DNA of 32,000 nucleotides from a virus: IMG/VR virus record IMGVR_UViG_3300045988_123082, positions 1 to 32,000 of that record; one strand, 5' to 3'. Shown piece by piece: positions 30,717 to 32,000 of this stretch (position 1 is its first letter; each line of letters starts with the position of its first letter). The notes under the pieces were generated by a model. It saw only the letters and a program-made list of their open reading frames with translations, ran no database searches and was not told where the DNA came from. The position numbers and the translations under genes were made by a program.

Positions 30717-31016
30717 TTTCTTTACTCCTAAAAACTTTTTCTCAGATACACTTTTTCTTCCTGCTATAGTAAATTCATCAATTCTTTCTGAATACATTTC
30801 AATACTTCCGGAATATCCATTATTACTGTTCGTTGTAAAATATGCAGTGCTGTCTGCATAACATGTATTTGTATCTCCTTCCGGGTCTAATGTAAATGAT
30901 TTAAAACCTTCCCATGCTACAGGTGTACCATACGTAATATCTCCACCTTCTTCATGCTCAATAGGAACTACATATACATTTTTAATTTCATATTTAACTT
31001 TGTTTGCATCTTCCAT
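30717..31016 (-). pseudogene. diverged copy of the major tail protein N-terminal domain (~74 aa), truncated and in frame with paralog 1; remnant or genuine fusion
   Basis: ATG 31016 follows AGGAG. MEDANKVKYEIKNVYV..ITYGTPVAWEGFKSFTLDPEGDTNTCYADSTAYFTTNSNNGYSGSIEM aligns with residues 1-73 of 18296..18940 (38 of 47 identical in the best block, hand count). There is no stop before paralog 1. Confidence 0.6.
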
Positions 31017-31026
31017 AAGATTACTC

Positions 31027-31302
31027 CTATTTATCTGCAATCGTTTCTACAAAACAATTATAATAAACATATCTTTTTCCATCATAATCAAATTTTACAT
31101 ATCCACCATCATTTGTTTCAATATCAATTCTACCTTCATAGCTTGCTATAATTTTTCCATCTGCTGTATACACATTAATTATTCTATTCAATCCGCCATT
31201 CAAATCTGATTTAACATCAGTGCCAAAACGATCCATAGAAGCACATCCAAACAAGGAAATGCCAATCATTCCAACCATTAATAATTTGTATATTTTATTC
31301 AT
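31027..31302 (-). CDS. small lipoprotein (91 aa)
   Basis: Signal peptide MNKIYKLLMVGMIGISLFGC with a lipobox-like LFGC. The mature part is a small beta-rich domain. Confidence 0.6.
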   Translation of the reverse strand: MNKIYKLLMVGMIGISLFGCASMDRFGTDVKSDLNGGLNRIINVYTADGKIIASYEGRIDIETNDGGYVKFDYDGKRYVYYNCFVETIADK

Positions 31303-31320
31303 TTCATTCCTCTTTTCTAT

Positions 31321-31345
31321 GTCCGATAACTATATATTATCGGAC
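31321..31345 (-). promoter_or_regulatory. perfect 9-bp stem-loop in front of the lipoprotein gene
   Basis: GTCCGATAA-CTATATA-TTATCGGAC, 19 nt upstream of the lipoprotein ATG 31302. Confidence 0.4.
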
Positions 31346-31364
31346 TAACTACAACCCTTTTAAA

Positions 31365-31381
31365 AGCCTAGTAAATAGGCT
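31365..31381 (-). terminator. weak terminator-like hairpin after gene 31449..31736
   Basis: Minus-strand AGCCUA-UUUAC-UAGGCU followed by only UUU then AAAA. Confidence 0.3.
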
Positions 31382-31448
31382 ACTTTGTAACACTTTTCTA
31401 AAATAAAAACTTTATGAAATTTTCAACCACGTATTTATGCAATTAATC

Positions 31449-31736
31449 TCATCTTACTTCACCTGTTTCAATCATCTTTGCCGCTTGTAAAATTCCTGCC
31501 TTAATCCACTTAGATTGATCATCATTATCAAAAACTCTTTTTGCGTTTTCTCTTAAGCCTTTAACAATAGCATCAATCGAGACTTCTTGGTTTTTCTTTT
31601 CAAGAATGTATTCAATAGCATCATCACATTTTCCAACCTTATTTGCCATAACAACAACATAGCCTTCATCTAATGTTTTTTGCAATTCTTCAAAACTTTT
31701 CCCATCAAAAATGTATGATCTGATTACTTTCTGCAT
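31449..31736 (-). CDS. hypothetical protein (95 aa)
   Basis: Clean ORF in the operon orientation. No recognisable motif. Confidence 0.5.
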   Translation of the reverse strand: MQKVIRSYIFDGKSFEELQKTLDEGYVVVMANKVGKCDDAIEYILEKKNQEVSIDAIVKGLRENAKRVFDNDDQSKWIKAGILQAAKMIETGEVR

Positions 31737-31773
31737 TGTTCATCCTCACTTATTTATTCAAATCTCCATATAA

Positions 31774-31995
31774 TTAATAACACCTGGTTATTGGAATTAA
31801 AGTAGTTATTCTTCCATTGTAGACAGGTATCAACGTAGTGCTGCAATGTGATGATGTATTAGACGATGTATTATTTGAGTCATCAGAAACAACAGCTGCA
31901 CACAACACAATTAAAACAATTGTAGTAATAAGCGTACCAAACAATATTATTTCACAGATATAATCTCCAATCCATTCACCTATTCTTTTTAACAT
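31774..31995 (-). CDS. small membrane protein (73 aa)
   Basis: TM segment ICEIILFGTLITTIVLIVLCAAVV followed by a Ser/Thr/Asn-rich segment. Confidence 0.45.
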   Translation of the reverse strand: MLKRIGEWIGDYICEIILFGTLITTIVLIVLCAAVVSDDSNNTSSNTSSHCSTTLIPVYNGRITTLIPITRCY

Positions 31996-32000
31996 ATCAA

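Larger units (their letters stand above)
1007..32000 (-). mobile_element. siphovirus-like HK97-lineage prophage (late genes plus accessory/early-side region); both borders unresolved
   Basis: Uninterrupted, tightly packed minus-strand packaging, head, tail and lysis gene order. No sheath gene, and a 1277-aa tape measure. No integrase or att repeat is seen in the window. Confidence 0.85.

Noticed and set aside
1-32000. CRISPR arrays, diversity-generating retroelement, retron, integrase or repressor module
   Set aside because: There is no regularly spaced repeat array and no reverse-transcriptase-like ORF. No template/variable repeat pair matches the fibre gene 3' ends. No tyrosine or serine recombinase or CI-like repressor was seen in any frame.

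Overview
This low-GC window has Firmicutes-style AGGAGG ribosome-binding sites. It is dominated by the late half of a siphovirus-type, HK97-lineage temperate prophage, encoded on the minus strand from 26002 down to 1007.

Gene order: HNH endonuclease, TerS (P27 type), TerL, portal, HK97 prohead protease, major capsid, connector and completion proteins, major tail protein, gpG/gpGT chaperone with an A9 slippery site, tape measure, Dit, Tal (with a lectin-like insert), a long baseplate and fibre module, an XkdW/XkdX-like pair, two small membrane coiled-coil proteins, a sigma-region-4 HTH protein, a five-gene moron-like cassette, then holin, a mini-ORF and an amidase endolysin.

Left of the phage lie a tRNA-Asp(GTC) with its own promoter and the 3' end of an ISL3-like transposase gene. 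No integrase, repressor or att site is visible, so the prophage borders are unresolved.

The accessory region to the right (26.0-32.0 kb) holds most of the unexplained structure:
- A roughly 450-bp ORF-free island of about 50% GC sits just upstream of the packaging operon.
- A roughly 96-bp direct repeat is present twice. Each copy carries a near-consensus sigma-A promoter driving a roughly 55-nt hairpin-terminated RNA.
- The two repeat copies bracket a plus-strand cassette: an RHH protein, a very acidic protein, and a three-gene operon whose last product ends in an SSB-tail-like DDFEFPF. Copy 1 is antisense to the cassette leader.
- A minus-strand array of four diverged small paralogs follows. 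The first paralog is fused in frame to a diverged copy of the N-terminal domain of the phage's own major tail (tube) protein.

Other notable points:
- An identical 19-bp palindromic box lies at the same distance from a -10 hexamer in front of both the packaging operon and the lysis cassette.
- An A10 run at the end of the capsid gene opens into a start-less -1 frame that fills the whole 135-nt gap behind it.

All family assignments come from motif recognition by eye. No database search was possible.
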